Shown here piece after piece: positions 49,628 to 59,763 of a stretch of 64,000 bases of DNA. Origin of the DNA: Alphaproteobacteria bacterium (GTDB lineage Bacteria > Pseudomonadota > Alphaproteobacteria > UBA828); NCBI GenBank assembly GCA_965221125.1, contig CBDCRW010000007.1, forward strand, positions 704,001-768,000, written 5' to 3'. Under the pieces are notes generated by a model that saw only the letters and a program-made list of their open reading frames with translations, ran no database searches and was not told the origin of the DNA. Made by a program: the position numbers and the translations under genes. The stretch's first letter is position 1; each line of letters opens with the position of its first letter.

Positions 49628-49680
49628 GCGGGCGCTTTTCGACTGCGGGGCACGCGCGCGCCCTGGCCGAGCGGGTTTGC

Positions 49681-50031
49681 ATGGACGACAAACCACGGCC
49701 ATCCCTGGAGGATCTGGACTCCCGGCTGCGCAAGGCCCGAGGCGGGAACGAGTCGGGCAATCGTGGCCGGTTGCCCGGCACGCGTCTTGGGCAGGCGCTG
49801 CACCTCGCGATCGAAATGGCGGCCGCGCTGGCCGTCGGCGGTGGCATCGGCTGGCTGCTCGACGAATGGCTCGGTACCAGGCCGTGGCTGTTCGTGGTCT
49901 TCATCTTCGTGGGGATCGCGGCCGGCATCCTGAACGCGTTTCGGGCGGCACAGAGAATGGGGGCCACGCCGTTGTCCCGCGATAGCGCGGAAGAGCGGGG
50001 TGAAGGACACGACGAGCGAAGCCAGGGGTAG
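49681..50031 (+). CDS. atpI: AtpZ/AtpI-family protein
   Basis: G..IGWLLDEWLGT.PW motif; first gene of the F0 operon. Confidence 0.85.
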   Translation: MDDKPRPSLEDLDSRLRKARGGNESGNRGRLPGTRLGQALHLAIEMAAALAVGGGIGWLLDEWLGTRPWLFVVFIFVGIAAGILNAFRAAQRMGATPLSRDSAEERGEGHDERSQG

Positions 50032-50039
50032 GACGGCCA

Positions 50040-50813
50040 GTGGCAACGACGGATAACGGCGGCGCCGGTCACAACGGCGACGCGCATCACGGCCCGCTCG
50101 ATCAGTTCGCGATCAACCGCTACGTCGAGATCGACCTCGGCGGTTTCGACGCGTCGTTCACCAATTCCGCGCTGATGATGTGCGTGACCGTGATCATAAT
50201 CACGCTGCTCACCACGGTGGGCATGGGCCGCGGGCGCATGGTGCCGGGGCGCGTGCAGTCCATCGTGGAGATGAGCTACGAGATGATCGCCCGAATGCTG
50301 GGCGACATCGTGGGCGGCCGCGGCGCGCAAAAGTTCTTCCCGTTCGTGTTCAGCCTGTTCATGTTTTTGCTGCTCGGTAACGTGCTCGGGCTGATTCCAT
50401 ACTCCTTCACCTTCACCAGCCACATCATCGTGACGCTCGCGTTTGCGCTGGTGGTCTTCGTCGGTGTGACGATCCTCGCCATCGTCATCCACAAGCACCG
50501 CTTCCTGACCTTCTTCCTGCCGCCCGGCGTGCCCATGTGGATGGCGCCGCTGCTGGTGCCGATCGAGGTCGTCTCCTACATGGCGCGGCCGATCAGCCTC
50601 TCCGTGCGGCTCTTCGCCAACATGATGGCGGGACACTCGATCCTGCACGTGTTCGGCGCCTTCGTCTTCGTCCTGAGCTTTGCCGGCGTCCTGCCCTTCG
50701 CGTTCATCGTTGCGCTCTACGGGCTCGAGCTTCTTGTCGCCGTGCTCCAGGCCTACGTCTTCACCATTCTGACCTGCCTCTACATCCGCGACGCGATCGA
50801 GTTGCATCACTAA
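50040..50813 (+). CDS. atpB: F0F1 ATP synthase subunit a
   Basis: FTNS, PYSFTFTSH, SLSVRLFANMMAGH and LQAYVF. Confidence 0.96.
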   Translation: MATTDNGGAGHNGDAHHGPLDQFAINRYVEIDLGGFDASFTNSALMMCVTVIIITLLTTVGMGRGRMVPGRVQSIVEMSYEMIARMLGDIVGGRGAQKFFPFVFSLFMFLLLGNVLGLIPYSFTFTSHIIVTLAFALVVFVGVTILAIVIHKHRFLTFFLPPGVPMWMAPLLVPIEVVSYMARPISLSVRLFANMMAGHSILHVFGAFVFVLSFAGVLPFAFIVALYGLELLVAVLQAYVFTILTCLYIRDAIELHH

Positions 50814-50870
50814 GCGGACGGGTGCGGGTCGCAAGCCACAATCTCCGAACAAACCGAGGGAAACAGGATC

Positions 50871-51110
50871 ATGGAAGCAGATGCAGCGAAACTGCTCGGT
50901 CAGCTCATTGGCGGCGGTCTCGCCACGATCGGCGTGGCCGGCTCCGGTGTCGGCATCGGCATCATCTTCGGCAACTACGTCTCCGCTGCGGGGCGCAACC
51001 CGGCGGCGGCGCCTAAGCTGTTCGGCAACGTGCTGCTGGGCTTCGCGCTGACCGAGGCGATCGCGCTGTTCGCGCTCGTCATGGCCTTCATCATCCTGTT
51101 CGGCTCCTGA
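50871..51110 (+). CDS. atpE: F0F1 ATP synthase subunit c
   Basis: GxGxG helix, RNP loop, FALTEA with the ion-binding Glu. Confidence 0.96.
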   Translation: MEADAAKLLGQLIGGGLATIGVAGSGVGIGIIFGNYVSAAGRNPAAAPKLFGNVLLGFALTEAIALFALVMAFIILFGS

Positions 51111-51154
51111 TCGACAGCCATCCGGCGGCTTGAGTCAGAGGCAGGAGGCGCCCG

Positions 51155-51646
51155 ATGCCACAGCTCGAGATGGGGGACTACGCGCCCCAAATCTTCTGGC
51201 TGGTCGTCACCTTTGTCGCGCTCATGCTGATCATGTGGGGCGTGGGTCTGCCGCGGATACGCCGCGTCATCGAAGCCCGCGAGAACAAGATCAGCGAGGA
51301 CCTGGCCGACGCCGAGAGCGCGAAGGGCAGGGCCGAGGACGCGCTGAAGGCCTATGAGGAGGCGCTGGCGGACGCGCGCTCCAAGGCCCACGGCGTGCTC
51401 GCCGAGACCCAGGCCAAGCTCTCGGCGGAGGCGGACGCGCTGCGCGCCGAGCTTGACGCCGATCTCGCTGCCAGGGCGGCGGAGGCGGAGGAGCGCATCC
51501 AGGAGACGCGCGCCCAGGCGCTCGCCAGCCTGCGCGATGTCGCGGGCGACGTGGCCAGCGCCGCGACCGAGAGGCTGGTCGGCACCGCTCCCTCCGAGAC
51601 CGCTGCGCGGGCAGCGGTGGAGGCGAGCATGGGCGAGGGGCGCTGA
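51155..51646 (+). CDS. F0F1 ATP synthase subunit b'
   Basis: MPQL...QIFWL anchor followed by an Ala/Glu coiled coil. Confidence 0.9.
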   Translation: MPQLEMGDYAPQIFWLVVTFVALMLIMWGVGLPRIRRVIEARENKISEDLADAESAKGRAEDALKAYEEALADARSKAHGVLAETQAKLSAEADALRAELDADLAARAAEAEERIQETRAQALASLRDVAGDVASAATERLVGTAPSETAARAAVEASMGEGR

Positions 51647-51649
51647 GCC

Positions 51650-52207
51650 ATGAAGAAGATGGTTCGCAAGCCCGAATTCTGGGTGATCGTCGCGGCCTGC
51701 GTCTTCGTCGTCGTCGGCAGCCAGATCACCGAGTCGGCCAACTTCTGGATCCTCATCGCCTTCATCACCTTCTTCGGCGCCTTCGGCCGCGCCGCCTACA
51801 AGAAGGTGACGGAGATCCTCGACAAACGGGCGGAGCGGATCAGGAACGAGCTCGACGAGGCGGCAGCGCTGCGCGCCGAGGCGCAAGCTCTGCTGGCGGA
51901 GCACGAGCGCAAGCGCCAGGAGGCTGAGGAAGAGGCTCGCCTCATGGTGGAGCACGCCAAGGCGGAGGCCGAGCGCCACGCCGCCGAGGCACGGGCCGCG
52001 CTCGAGGAGACAATGAAGCGCCGCACCGAGCTTGCCGAGCAGCGCATCGCCCGCGCCGAGGAAGAGGCGATGCGGGAGGTGCGCCAGACCGCCGCAGTGC
52101 TGGCGATCGAGGCTGCGCGCCGTCTCATGAGCGAGACGATCGACGAAGATCGCGCCGATCGCATGATCGAAGAGTCGATCCAGGAGGTCCGCGACCGGCT
52201 CAACTGA
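51650..52207 (+). CDS. atpF: F0F1 ATP synthase subunit b
   Basis: FW anchor motifs, LDKRAERIR.EL.EA..LR.EA and RIARAE. Confidence 0.9.
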   Translation: MKKMVRKPEFWVIVAACVFVVVGSQITESANFWILIAFITFFGAFGRAAYKKVTEILDKRAERIRNELDEAAALRAEAQALLAEHERKRQEAEEEARLMVEHAKAEAERHAAEARAALEETMKRRTELAEQRIARAEEEAMREVRQTAAVLAIEAARRLMSETIDEDRADRMIEESIQEVRDRLN

Positions 52208-52264
52208 CCCGCGCGCCGGTCAGCAAGTTTGCTGCGCCACGGGTGCAGCACGGGAGGCGCGACC

Positions 52265-53452
52265 GTGTACAAGGGCATGTACGCCTATCCCTGGGACCTG
52301 GTGGACGAGGGGATCGGCACCGCCACGGGCCGGATGCGCGACTGCGGCATCAACACGGTGACCCTGGCCGCGAGCTATCACGCCGGCAAGTTCCTGCGCC
52401 CGCACGCGCCTGCCGGCCGCGTCTATTTTCCCGAAGACGGCACGGTCTACGTGCGGCCCCGCTTGGACCGCTACGGTGCCATCAAGCCGATCCAGAGCAC
52501 GCTCGCCACCGACCGGGATACCTTCGCCGAGCTGAAGGCGGAGGCGCCGGACATGGGGCGCGTCGCCTGGACGGTCTGCCTGCACAACACGCCGCTCGGC
52601 ATGCGCCACCCCGAGTTCACGGTGCGCAACTGCTATGGCGATTCCTACGTCTACAGCCTGTGCCCCGCTTACGAGGAGGTGCGTCGCTACGTCGTGACGC
52701 TTTGCGTCGACATGGCCGAACGCTACGAGCTCGACGGGCTCGCGCTGGAGACCCCCGGATTCCTGCCCTTCGATCACGGCTTCCACCACGAGTTCTTCCT
52801 GGTTCCGATGAACCGCTGGGCCGGCTGGCTGCTCGGGCTCTGCTTCTCCGAAGGCACCATCGCCGCTGCCGAGGCGCGCGGCATCGATGCCGAGCGGCTC
52901 CGCTGGCAGGCCTGCGCCGCGCTCGACGGGTTCTTTGCCCGGCCGGAGCCGGTGCCAGACCATATCGCCGCCGAGTGGTGGATCGCCGACCTGATCGCGG
53001 ACCCGGAATGGGCCGTGTTCCTGAGCTGGCGCTGCCAGCTCGTGGCCGACCTGGTTGCTGAGGTTCGCGCAGCGCTGCCCAAGGAGACCAGGCTTGCGGT
53101 CATCCCGACCGTGCAGCGGCCAACGGCGGCGGCCTGGTCGGAAGGGACGGACCTGCGCCTGCTCGCCGAGGCGGCCGATTCGCTGGAGGTCCCGGCCTAC
53201 GAGGCGAACGCGGCAACCGTGGCGCTCGATGCCGGCGACGTGCGGCGCCGCGCTGGTGTGGACGCGCGGATCGCCTACATCCTGCGCCCGGCCCATCCCG
53301 ACCTTGCGAACGGCGCGGAGACTTCTGCTGCCGTGCGCGCACTGCGGGCGAGTGGGCTTTCGGGGATCGCGTTCTACAATTACGGCCACGTTGCGCTCAG
53401 CGCGCTCGAACGGGTGCGCGATGCGCTCGCCGTGCTGGAGGAGGCGCCATGA
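52265..53452 (+). CDS. Uncharacterised glycoside-hydrolase-like TIM-barrel protein
   Basis: YPWD, LAASYH, LCP, LDGLALE, HGFHHE and FYNYG motifs; GGGAGG RBS. Function unknown. Confidence 0.65.
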   Translation: MYKGMYAYPWDLVDEGIGTATGRMRDCGINTVTLAASYHAGKFLRPHAPAGRVYFPEDGTVYVRPRLDRYGAIKPIQSTLATDRDTFAELKAEAPDMGRVAWTVCLHNTPLGMRHPEFTVRNCYGDSYVYSLCPAYEEVRRYVVTLCVDMAERYELDGLALETPGFLPFDHGFHHEFFLVPMNRWAGWLLGLCFSEGTIAAAEARGIDAERLRWQACAALDGFFARPEPVPDHIAAEWWIADLIADPEWAVFLSWRCQLVADLVAEVRAALPKETRLAVIPTVQRPTAAAWSEGTDLRLLAEAADSLEVPAYEANAATVALDAGDVRRRAGVDARIAYILRPAHPDLANGAETSAAVRALRASGLSGIAFYNYGHVALSALERVRDALAVLEEAP

Positions 53453-54240
53453 TGCGATTCTTGGGAAAGTCCGCGCTCGTCACCGGCGGGGGCGGCGGCA
53501 TCGGCGGGGCGATTGCCGAGCGGCTCGCCTTCGAGGGCGCGGCCGTCGGCGTCTTGGATCGCCGGGGCGACACCGCGGCGGATACGGCGCAACGGATCGA
53601 GGCCGCCGGCGCGAAGGCGTGCGCGCTCACGGCCGAGATCACCGACCCCGACTCGGTTGCCGCCGCGCTCGCGGAGATGGAAGAGGCCATCGGCGCGCCG
53701 GACGTGCTGGTCAACAACGCGGCCTGGGCGCTCAAGGGCGATCTGGAGAGCACCGCGCTTGCCGACTGGCAAGCCGAGATCGAGATCGACCTCGACGGCC
53801 AGTTCGTCTGCGCCAAGGCGGTTCTGCCCGGCATGGTCGCGCAGGGCGCCGGCGCCATCGTCAACATCGGCTCGGTCAACGGCCTGATGGCGCTCGGCAA
53901 CCCGGCCTACAGCGCCGCCAAGGCCGGACTTCTCAGCTTCACCCGTTCGCTTGCCGTGGAGTACGGACCGAAGGGTGTGCGCGCCAACATGGTCTCGCCC
54001 GGCACGGTGGAGACCGACATCGAGACCTGGCGCATCCGGCGCGAGAAGAACCCGCAAATCTTCGAGCAGCTCGCCCGCTGGTATCCGGTGGGCCGCGTCG
54101 GCCGGCCCGACGACATCGCCGCCGCCGTCGCCTTCGTCGCTGCCGACGAGGCTGCCTTCGTCAACGGCGCCAATCTGGTGGTGGACGGTGGCCTGACGGC
54201 GGGGCTTCCGGTCATGATCGAGGAGCTTATTCTGGAATAG
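53449..54240 (+). CDS. SDR oxidoreductase
   Basis: TGGGGGIG, NNA and YSAAK motifs. Confidence 0.9.
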   Translation: MMRFLGKSALVTGGGGGIGGAIAERLAFEGAAVGVLDRRGDTAADTAQRIEAAGAKACALTAEITDPDSVAAALAEMEEAIGAPDVLVNNAAWALKGDLESTALADWQAEIEIDLDGQFVCAKAVLPGMVAQGAGAIVNIGSVNGLMALGNPAYSAAKAGLLSFTRSLAVEYGPKGVRANMVSPGTVETDIETWRIRREKNPQIFEQLARWYPVGRVGRPDDIAAAVAFVAADEAAFVNGANLVVDGGLTAGLPVMIEELILE

Positions 54241-54293
54241 ACATGCCCTCTGCTGTGCGCAGGCCGGGCGGGGGGATACGATTCTTGAGGAAG

Positions 54294-54707
54294 ATGCCCA
54301 TGTCCGAAGCTCTCTCTGGCGGCTGCCTCTGCGGCGACGTGCGCTACGAGGTTCGCGGAACGCCGGTGCATGTCTTCCATTGCCATTGCTCAATGTGCCG
54401 CCGGGCGGGCGGCACCGCGTTCCAGACCTGGGCGGGCTTTGAGGACGACGCTCTCACGGTTACGCAAGGAACGGCGGAGAGCTACAAGTCCTCGTCCTTT
54501 GCGATCCGGAGTTTCTGCAGCCGCTGTGGCGGGCAGTTGTTCTACAACTATACAGGCGGGCAGACTCCGCCGGTGTGGGTCACGGTGGGATCGCTCGACC
54601 ACCCAGAGTTGGTGGCGCCCGAACGCCACATCTTTGCGGCCGACAGCGTCCCGTGGCTGCATATGGCGGACGGGCTGCCGAGGACCGAAGGGGACCCGGA
54701 ACTCTAG
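54294..54707 (+). CDS. GFA (glutathione-dependent formaldehyde-activating/CENP-V) family protein
   Basis: GGCLCG, CHCSMCRR and FCSRCG motifs. Confidence 0.88.
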   Translation: MPMSEALSGGCLCGDVRYEVRGTPVHVFHCHCSMCRRAGGTAFQTWAGFEDDALTVTQGTAESYKSSSFAIRSFCSRCGGQLFYNYTGGQTPPVWVTVGSLDHPELVAPERHIFAADSVPWLHMADGLPRTEGDPEL

Positions 54708-54738
54708 CGGGAAAGGCCTAAGGAGGCACCGAGGAGCG

Positions 54739-55602
54739 ATGCAGACTCTGACCCCCGAGCAACGCCGCAACTGGAACATCGACGGCTATCTGCGCGTCGA
54801 GGGCGCCTTCTCGTCCGACGAGGTGGCCTTCTTCTCGAACAAGATCGACGAGATCCGCAAGCTTCCCGGTTATGAGCCGAACCTGAGCACGCTTCCGTTC
54901 GGCCACTATGCCTGGGTCGAGCAATGCGCTGACCAGAACACCGAGGCGTTCATGGATCGGCGCGACCTGCTCACCTACGACCAAGCCTTCATCGACCTCA
55001 TCGACCGCGCGCCGGTGTTCGACCTGATCGTCGACATCATGGGGCCGAACCTCGCCTTCAGCATGTCGCAGGCGATCGTACGAGGGTCCGGCGACGGGTT
55101 CGAGGGCTTCACCCATACCGACGGCGGCGAGGGGCAGCGCGAAGTGCGGGTGGCCGAGACCAGCCGGCCCATCGCGGTGAAGGCGCTTTACCTGCTCACC
55201 GACGTGGAAGGGCGCAACGCCGGCAACTTCACGGTCTTCCCCGGCAGCCACACGCGTCCCTTCCCGTGGGACCGCCGACCGAAGCTGTCGCCACAGTCAC
55301 CCGGCGTGGTGCACCTGGAGGGCAAGGCGGGTGACTGCTTCCTCTTCTCCCACGCGCTCTGGCACGGCCCGGCGCCGAACCGTTCCGGCCGGGCGCGCAA
55401 GACGCTGCTCTACAACTATTCGCAGATGTTCGTGCGCGCCTACGACTATCAGGGCGCACACCCGCTGACCCGGCGGGCGACACCGCGGCAGCGCCGCCTG
55501 TTGGGAGACCTCGGCTACGACTTCCGTCCCGGCTCCTACTTCTACGTGCCGCCCGACCAGACCGAAATCATCATGGGCGAGAGCGCAGCCGCGGCCGAGT
55601 AG
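54739..55602 (+). CDS. PhyH-family Fe(II)/2OG dioxygenase
   Basis: DGYL, HTD, PGSH, LWHG..PN and R motifs. Confidence 0.85.
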   Translation: MQTLTPEQRRNWNIDGYLRVEGAFSSDEVAFFSNKIDEIRKLPGYEPNLSTLPFGHYAWVEQCADQNTEAFMDRRDLLTYDQAFIDLIDRAPVFDLIVDIMGPNLAFSMSQAIVRGSGDGFEGFTHTDGGEGQREVRVAETSRPIAVKALYLLTDVEGRNAGNFTVFPGSHTRPFPWDRRPKLSPQSPGVVHLEGKAGDCFLFSHALWHGPAPNRSGRARKTLLYNYSQMFVRAYDYQGAHPLTRRATPRQRRLLGDLGYDFRPGSYFYVPPDQTEIIMGESAAAAE

Positions 55603-55650
55603 GCGGACAGCCGCTCTCGCAGGTCGCGCCTCGACCGGGGAACGCCGGGC

Positions 55651-57648
55651 CTACTCGGCGGCCTGGTCGAGTTCCGCGATGGCGTCGTTCCAGTGGGCGG
55701 CCGAGCGCTTCTTCATCATCGTGCGGAATTCGGCGGTGGTCTTGGGGAAGTACTCGCCGGTGCCCCAGTCCACGATGACGCCGTAGCGGCGCACCATGTC
55801 GAACTGGTCGAGCTCGCCCTCGCGGTAGCGCGCGGCGACGGACTCGCCGTCCTCTTCCAGCCAGCCGCGCCGGGCCTTGGCGATGGCGGCACGCTCAGCA
55901 CGGGTGGCTTCGACATCGACCTCGTAGCTCGCGAGGTCGGCGTCGATCACCTTGAGCACGACGCCATAGTCCTTGCGCGCGCGTTCGAGCGAGACGTAGT
56001 CGTCCTCCACGTCAAGCATCACCGCTGCCGGGTCGCGCTCCAGCGGATCGCCAAGCCCGCCGCCCCCCGCCGTCGGCCGCGAGAACACGTCGCCCGACTC
56101 GATCGGCACGTCGGAGAAGATCGAGCCCAGCCACTCGTGCTCGTTCTTGCCCTTGCGCTGGATGTGGAGCCCGTGCGGCATCGACGGCAGCCCGCCCTTG
56201 ATGCCCCAGACGATCGCCCGCTCACGGTCGCAGATGTAGGAGATGACGGTGCTCTCCGCGTCCTGCAGGGTGCTGGTCTTGACCACGCCGGCGCCGCCCC
56301 GCCACTTGCCGGGGCCGGGCGAATCGGTCTGGATCTGATACTCGTTGGCGATGATGGGGCAGAGCCGCTCCTGCCCCTCAACCGGCTGGGTCATCAGCCC
56401 GGTACCGAAGCACGCGGTGGTGACGTTGCAGCCATCCTTGCCGTTGCGCCCGCCCCAGCCGCCGGGCAGCCAGTCGTAGAACATGAAGATATTGCGGTCC
56501 TCGGTGCGCAGGTCGCGGCCGCCGGTGAGCAGATATTCCAGGTTGAAGGCGCAGGCGATCGCGCGCTCGGGCATGATGTCGGACCAGATCTCGTAGATCG
56601 AGTTCATGATCTTCTCGAAGGGCATCAGGAAGCCCGTCACCGCCACCGGCCACTGGGCATCCACGATCGAATTCTCGGGCGCGATCACGTTGATCGGCCG
56701 GTAGAAGCCGGAGTTGAGCGGGAGGTCCGGGAAGTAGGTCTTCATGCCCGCGACCACGGCCGAGAACGTGCCGCCGAAGGCGGAATTGTAGAGGGTGCTG
56801 ATGGTCTCGTGGCTGCCGGTGAAGTCGTAGGTGACCTCGTCGCCCTCGATGGTGAGCTTCACCTTGATCGGGATCAGCCCCTCGCCGAGCGCCGGGTCGC
56901 GGTCGATGTAATCGACGTTCTCCCAGGTGCCGTCGGGGAGCTCGGCGATGCGCTGGCGCGTCGCCAGCTCGACGTAGTCCTGCACCTCTTTGCAGCCGGT
57001 GACGACCGTGTCCTTGCCGTACTTCTCGACCAGCCGCAGGATCTCGCGCTCGGCGACGCGCGTGGCCTCGGCCTGCGCGTTCATGTCGCCGATGATGGAT
57101 TCGGGATCGCGCGTGTTGGCCGCGATCATGTCGGCGAAATCCTTGCGCCACTTGCCCTCGTCGATGAGGCGCGTCGGCGTGATGCGGATGCCCTCGCGGA
57201 ACATCTCCTTGGCGAGCACGTCGAAGGAGCCGGGCGTGCTCCCGCCCACATCGGACCAGTGGCCGTTGGATTGCGCGAAGGCGATGATCTCGTCGCCCAC
57301 GAAGACGGGGCGGATGATCCGCACGTCGTTGAAGTGGGTGCCGCCGGCGTAGGGGTCGTTGGTCATGAACACGTCGCCCGGCCGCATGTCGTCCTTGAAC
57401 GTGTCGATGACCGCCTTGCACGTGTAGTGCAGCGTGCCGACGTGGACGGCGATATCCATGTTGCCCTGGGCGATGGAATCGCCGTTGGCGTCGTTCAGCG
57501 CGGAGGAGAAATCGCGGTTGTAGATGACGAACGAGTAGCAGGTCCTGAGGATCTGCTCCGCCATCTGGTCGACGGTCGTGATGAACGAGTTCTTGAGAAC
57601 CTCGAAGGTGACCGGATCGAGCGTGATGCCAGTGCCTTGCTTGCTCAT
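55651..57648 (-). CDS. Hydantoinase B/oxoprolinase-family subunit
   Basis: RDFS, NDPYAGGTHFND, HWSDVGG, G.WRGG.G and GGGG.GDP motifs. Confidence 0.9.
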   Translation of the reverse strand: MSKQGTGITLDPVTFEVLKNSFITTVDQMAEQILRTCYSFVIYNRDFSSALNDANGDSIAQGNMDIAVHVGTLHYTCKAVIDTFKDDMRPGDVFMTNDPYAGGTHFNDVRIIRPVFVGDEIIAFAQSNGHWSDVGGSTPGSFDVLAKEMFREGIRITPTRLIDEGKWRKDFADMIAANTRDPESIIGDMNAQAEATRVAEREILRLVEKYGKDTVVTGCKEVQDYVELATRQRIAELPDGTWENVDYIDRDPALGEGLIPIKVKLTIEGDEVTYDFTGSHETISTLYNSAFGGTFSAVVAGMKTYFPDLPLNSGFYRPINVIAPENSIVDAQWPVAVTGFLMPFEKIMNSIYEIWSDIMPERAIACAFNLEYLLTGGRDLRTEDRNIFMFYDWLPGGWGGRNGKDGCNVTTACFGTGLMTQPVEGQERLCPIIANEYQIQTDSPGPGKWRGGAGVVKTSTLQDAESTVISYICDRERAIVWGIKGGLPSMPHGLHIQRKGKNEHEWLGSIFSDVPIESGDVFSRPTAGGGGLGDPLERDPAAVMLDVEDDYVSLERARKDYGVVLKVIDADLASYEVDVEATRAERAAIAKARRGWLEEDGESVAARYREGELDQFDMVRRYGVIVDWGTGEYFPKTTAEFRTMMKKRSAAHWNDAIAELDQAAE

Positions 57649-57650
57649 CT

Positions 57651-59687
57651 CTATGCCTCCGCTACGTGGATCCGGATGTTGAGCCACTCGTCCACTTCTG
57701 CGCGCACGCCGGGCGGGATGACCGTCGTCGAATCGAGCTGCTCGACGATTGCGGGACCCTCGATCGTCACGCCCGCGGGGAGCCCGTCGTGGGAGTATAT
57801 CGGCGTCTCGACGGCACCCTCAACCTCGTCGAAGTCGACCAACCGCGACTCTTCGGCCTCCACCTTGGCGCCGTTCGCCGCGTGACGCATCAGCTCGGCC
57901 TTGGGCACGGTGCCGATGGCCGCGAGATTGAGGCGGAAGAGCTCGACCGGCGTATCGTCGCGGCGGAACGCGTATTCCCGGTCGTGGTCGGCGTGGAAGG
58001 CGTTCACGGCATCGGGCACCGAGGTGAAGGGCGAGGCCACCGGCACCTGGAGCGAGCGCCACTGGCCCTGGTACATCATGTCGATGCTGCGCTGCAGCAC
58101 CATGTCGGCATCCGCCACGCCCTCCTTCACCAGCCGGCTCTTCGCCTCCGCCTCCATCTCGGCGAAGCGGGCCTCGATGTCGGCCGGGTCTGCCTCCGCC
58201 GCAAGCGCGAGGTAGGTCTGCGAGAGGTCGTGGCGCACGTCAACGAGCAGGCAGCCCAGAGCCGACGTCACCCCCGGATTGGGCGGCACGATCACGGTCG
58301 GGATGGAAAGCTCCTTCGCCAACGCCACGCCGTGCAGGGCGCCCGCGCCGCCGAAGGCAACGAGCGCGAAGTCGCGCGGGTCGTAGCCCCGGCTGATGGA
58401 GATGAGCCGCACCGCATCCGCCATGTTGGCGTTGGCGACGCTCACGATGGCCTTGGCCGCCGCGACGGGATCCATGCCGAGCGGCTCGGCCACTCCGGTG
58501 CGCACGGCGGCTTCGGAGGCCGCCTTGTCGAGCACGATCTGCCCGCCGGCGAGCTGCGTGCCGAGCCGGCCGAGCGCGAGGTTCGCGTCGGTGTTGGTGG
58601 GCGTCGTGTTGCCGCGCCCGTAGCAGGCCGGCCCCGGATCCGCGCCCGCCGACTGCGGTCCGTTGTGCAGTGAGCCCGCGTCGTCGATCCAGGCGAGCGA
58701 GCCGCCGCCCGCGCCGATGGTCAGCACCTCGATGCTGGGGAAGCGGATGGGGTAGCCGAACTCGATGTGCCAGTCCTTGGTGACGCGGGATTCGCCGCCG
58801 AAGACCAGCGAGACGTCGCAGCTCGTGCCGCCCATGTCGAGGCCGATGGAGTTCTCGTAGCCGCAAAGCATGGCGATGTGGCGGCTCGCGATGGCGCCGG
58901 CTGCGATGCCGGAGCCGGCGAGGCGGCCGGCGAACTGCCCGGCGGTCGCCGGCGTCATCACGCCGCCGCCGGAATGCAGCATCAACAGGTCGCTGGCGTA
59001 GCCGCCTTGCTGCAGCGCGTCGTTCATGCGCTTCACGTAGCCGCCCACCACGGGGCTCAGGATCGCGTTCACCACCGTCGTCGAGAAGCGCTCGTGCTCG
59101 AAGATCTCGGGCAGGGTCTCGGACGACGTGGTGATCTCTACGCCCGGAAGCTCCTCCACGAGGATCTCCTTCATGCGCGCTTCGTGCTGCGGGTTGATGA
59201 AGGAGTTCATGAAGCAGACGGCGACGGCTTCAACGCCACGTTTGCGGAGGATGCGGGCCTTCTCGCGCGCATCCGCCTCGTCCAGCGGAGTCGCCACCCG
59301 GCCGCCGTGGTCGATCCGCTCGCGCACCGTCAGCCGGTCGCGGCGCCTGATGTAGGGCTGGGCCACGTCGTTGTACGTGTCCCAGAGGTCCTCCTTGTTG
59401 GAGCGCCTGATCTCGATGACGTCCCGGTAGCCCTCGGTGCAGATCATCGCGGCGGGCGGCAGGCGGCGGGTAATCAGCGCGTTGGTGGCAACGGTCGTGC
59501 CGTGGGAGAAGAGAGTCACGTCCTTGAGGTCGACCTTCGCCTCTTCCAGCCCCCGCATCGCGCCGATCAGGGGGTCGTCCGGCGTCGACGCTGTCTTTGC
59601 GACCCTGAGCGCGCCCGAGTCCTCGTCGAGAATGCAGATATCGGTGAACGTGCCGCCGATATCGACCGCTACCCTCAAATTCGTCAC
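57651..59687 (-). CDS. Hydantoinase A/oxoprolinase-family ATP-binding subunit
   Basis: DIGGTFTD, HGTTVATN, DMGGTS, GAGGGS, SAGADPGPACY and FGGAG. Confidence 0.92.
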   Translation of the reverse strand: MTNLRVAVDIGGTFTDICILDEDSGALRVAKTASTPDDPLIGAMRGLEEAKVDLKDVTLFSHGTTVATNALITRRLPPAAMICTEGYRDVIEIRRSNKEDLWDTYNDVAQPYIRRRDRLTVRERIDHGGRVATPLDEADAREKARILRKRGVEAVAVCFMNSFINPQHEARMKEILVEELPGVEITTSSETLPEIFEHERFSTTVVNAILSPVVGGYVKRMNDALQQGGYASDLLMLHSGGGVMTPATAGQFAGRLAGSGIAAGAIASRHIAMLCGYENSIGLDMGGTSCDVSLVFGGESRVTKDWHIEFGYPIRFPSIEVLTIGAGGGSLAWIDDAGSLHNGPQSAGADPGPACYGRGNTTPTNTDANLALGRLGTQLAGGQIVLDKAASEAAVRTGVAEPLGMDPVAAAKAIVSVANANMADAVRLISISRGYDPRDFALVAFGGAGALHGVALAKELSIPTVIVPPNPGVTSALGCLLVDVRHDLSQTYLALAAEADPADIEARFAEMEAEAKSRLVKEGVADADMVLQRSIDMMYQGQWRSLQVPVASPFTSVPDAVNAFHADHDREYAFRRDDTPVELFRLNLAAIGTVPKAELMRHAANGAKVEAEESRLVDFDEVEGAVETPIYSHDGLPAGVTIEGPAIVEQLDSTTVIPPGVRAEVDEWLNIRIHVAEA

Positions 59688-59763
59688 GAATTCCTCCCGC
59701 AGCTCTGCTCGTTACCGCCGCCGCTCCGGCGCCGCGTCCTTGTCGAATTTCCGAATTCAGGCT

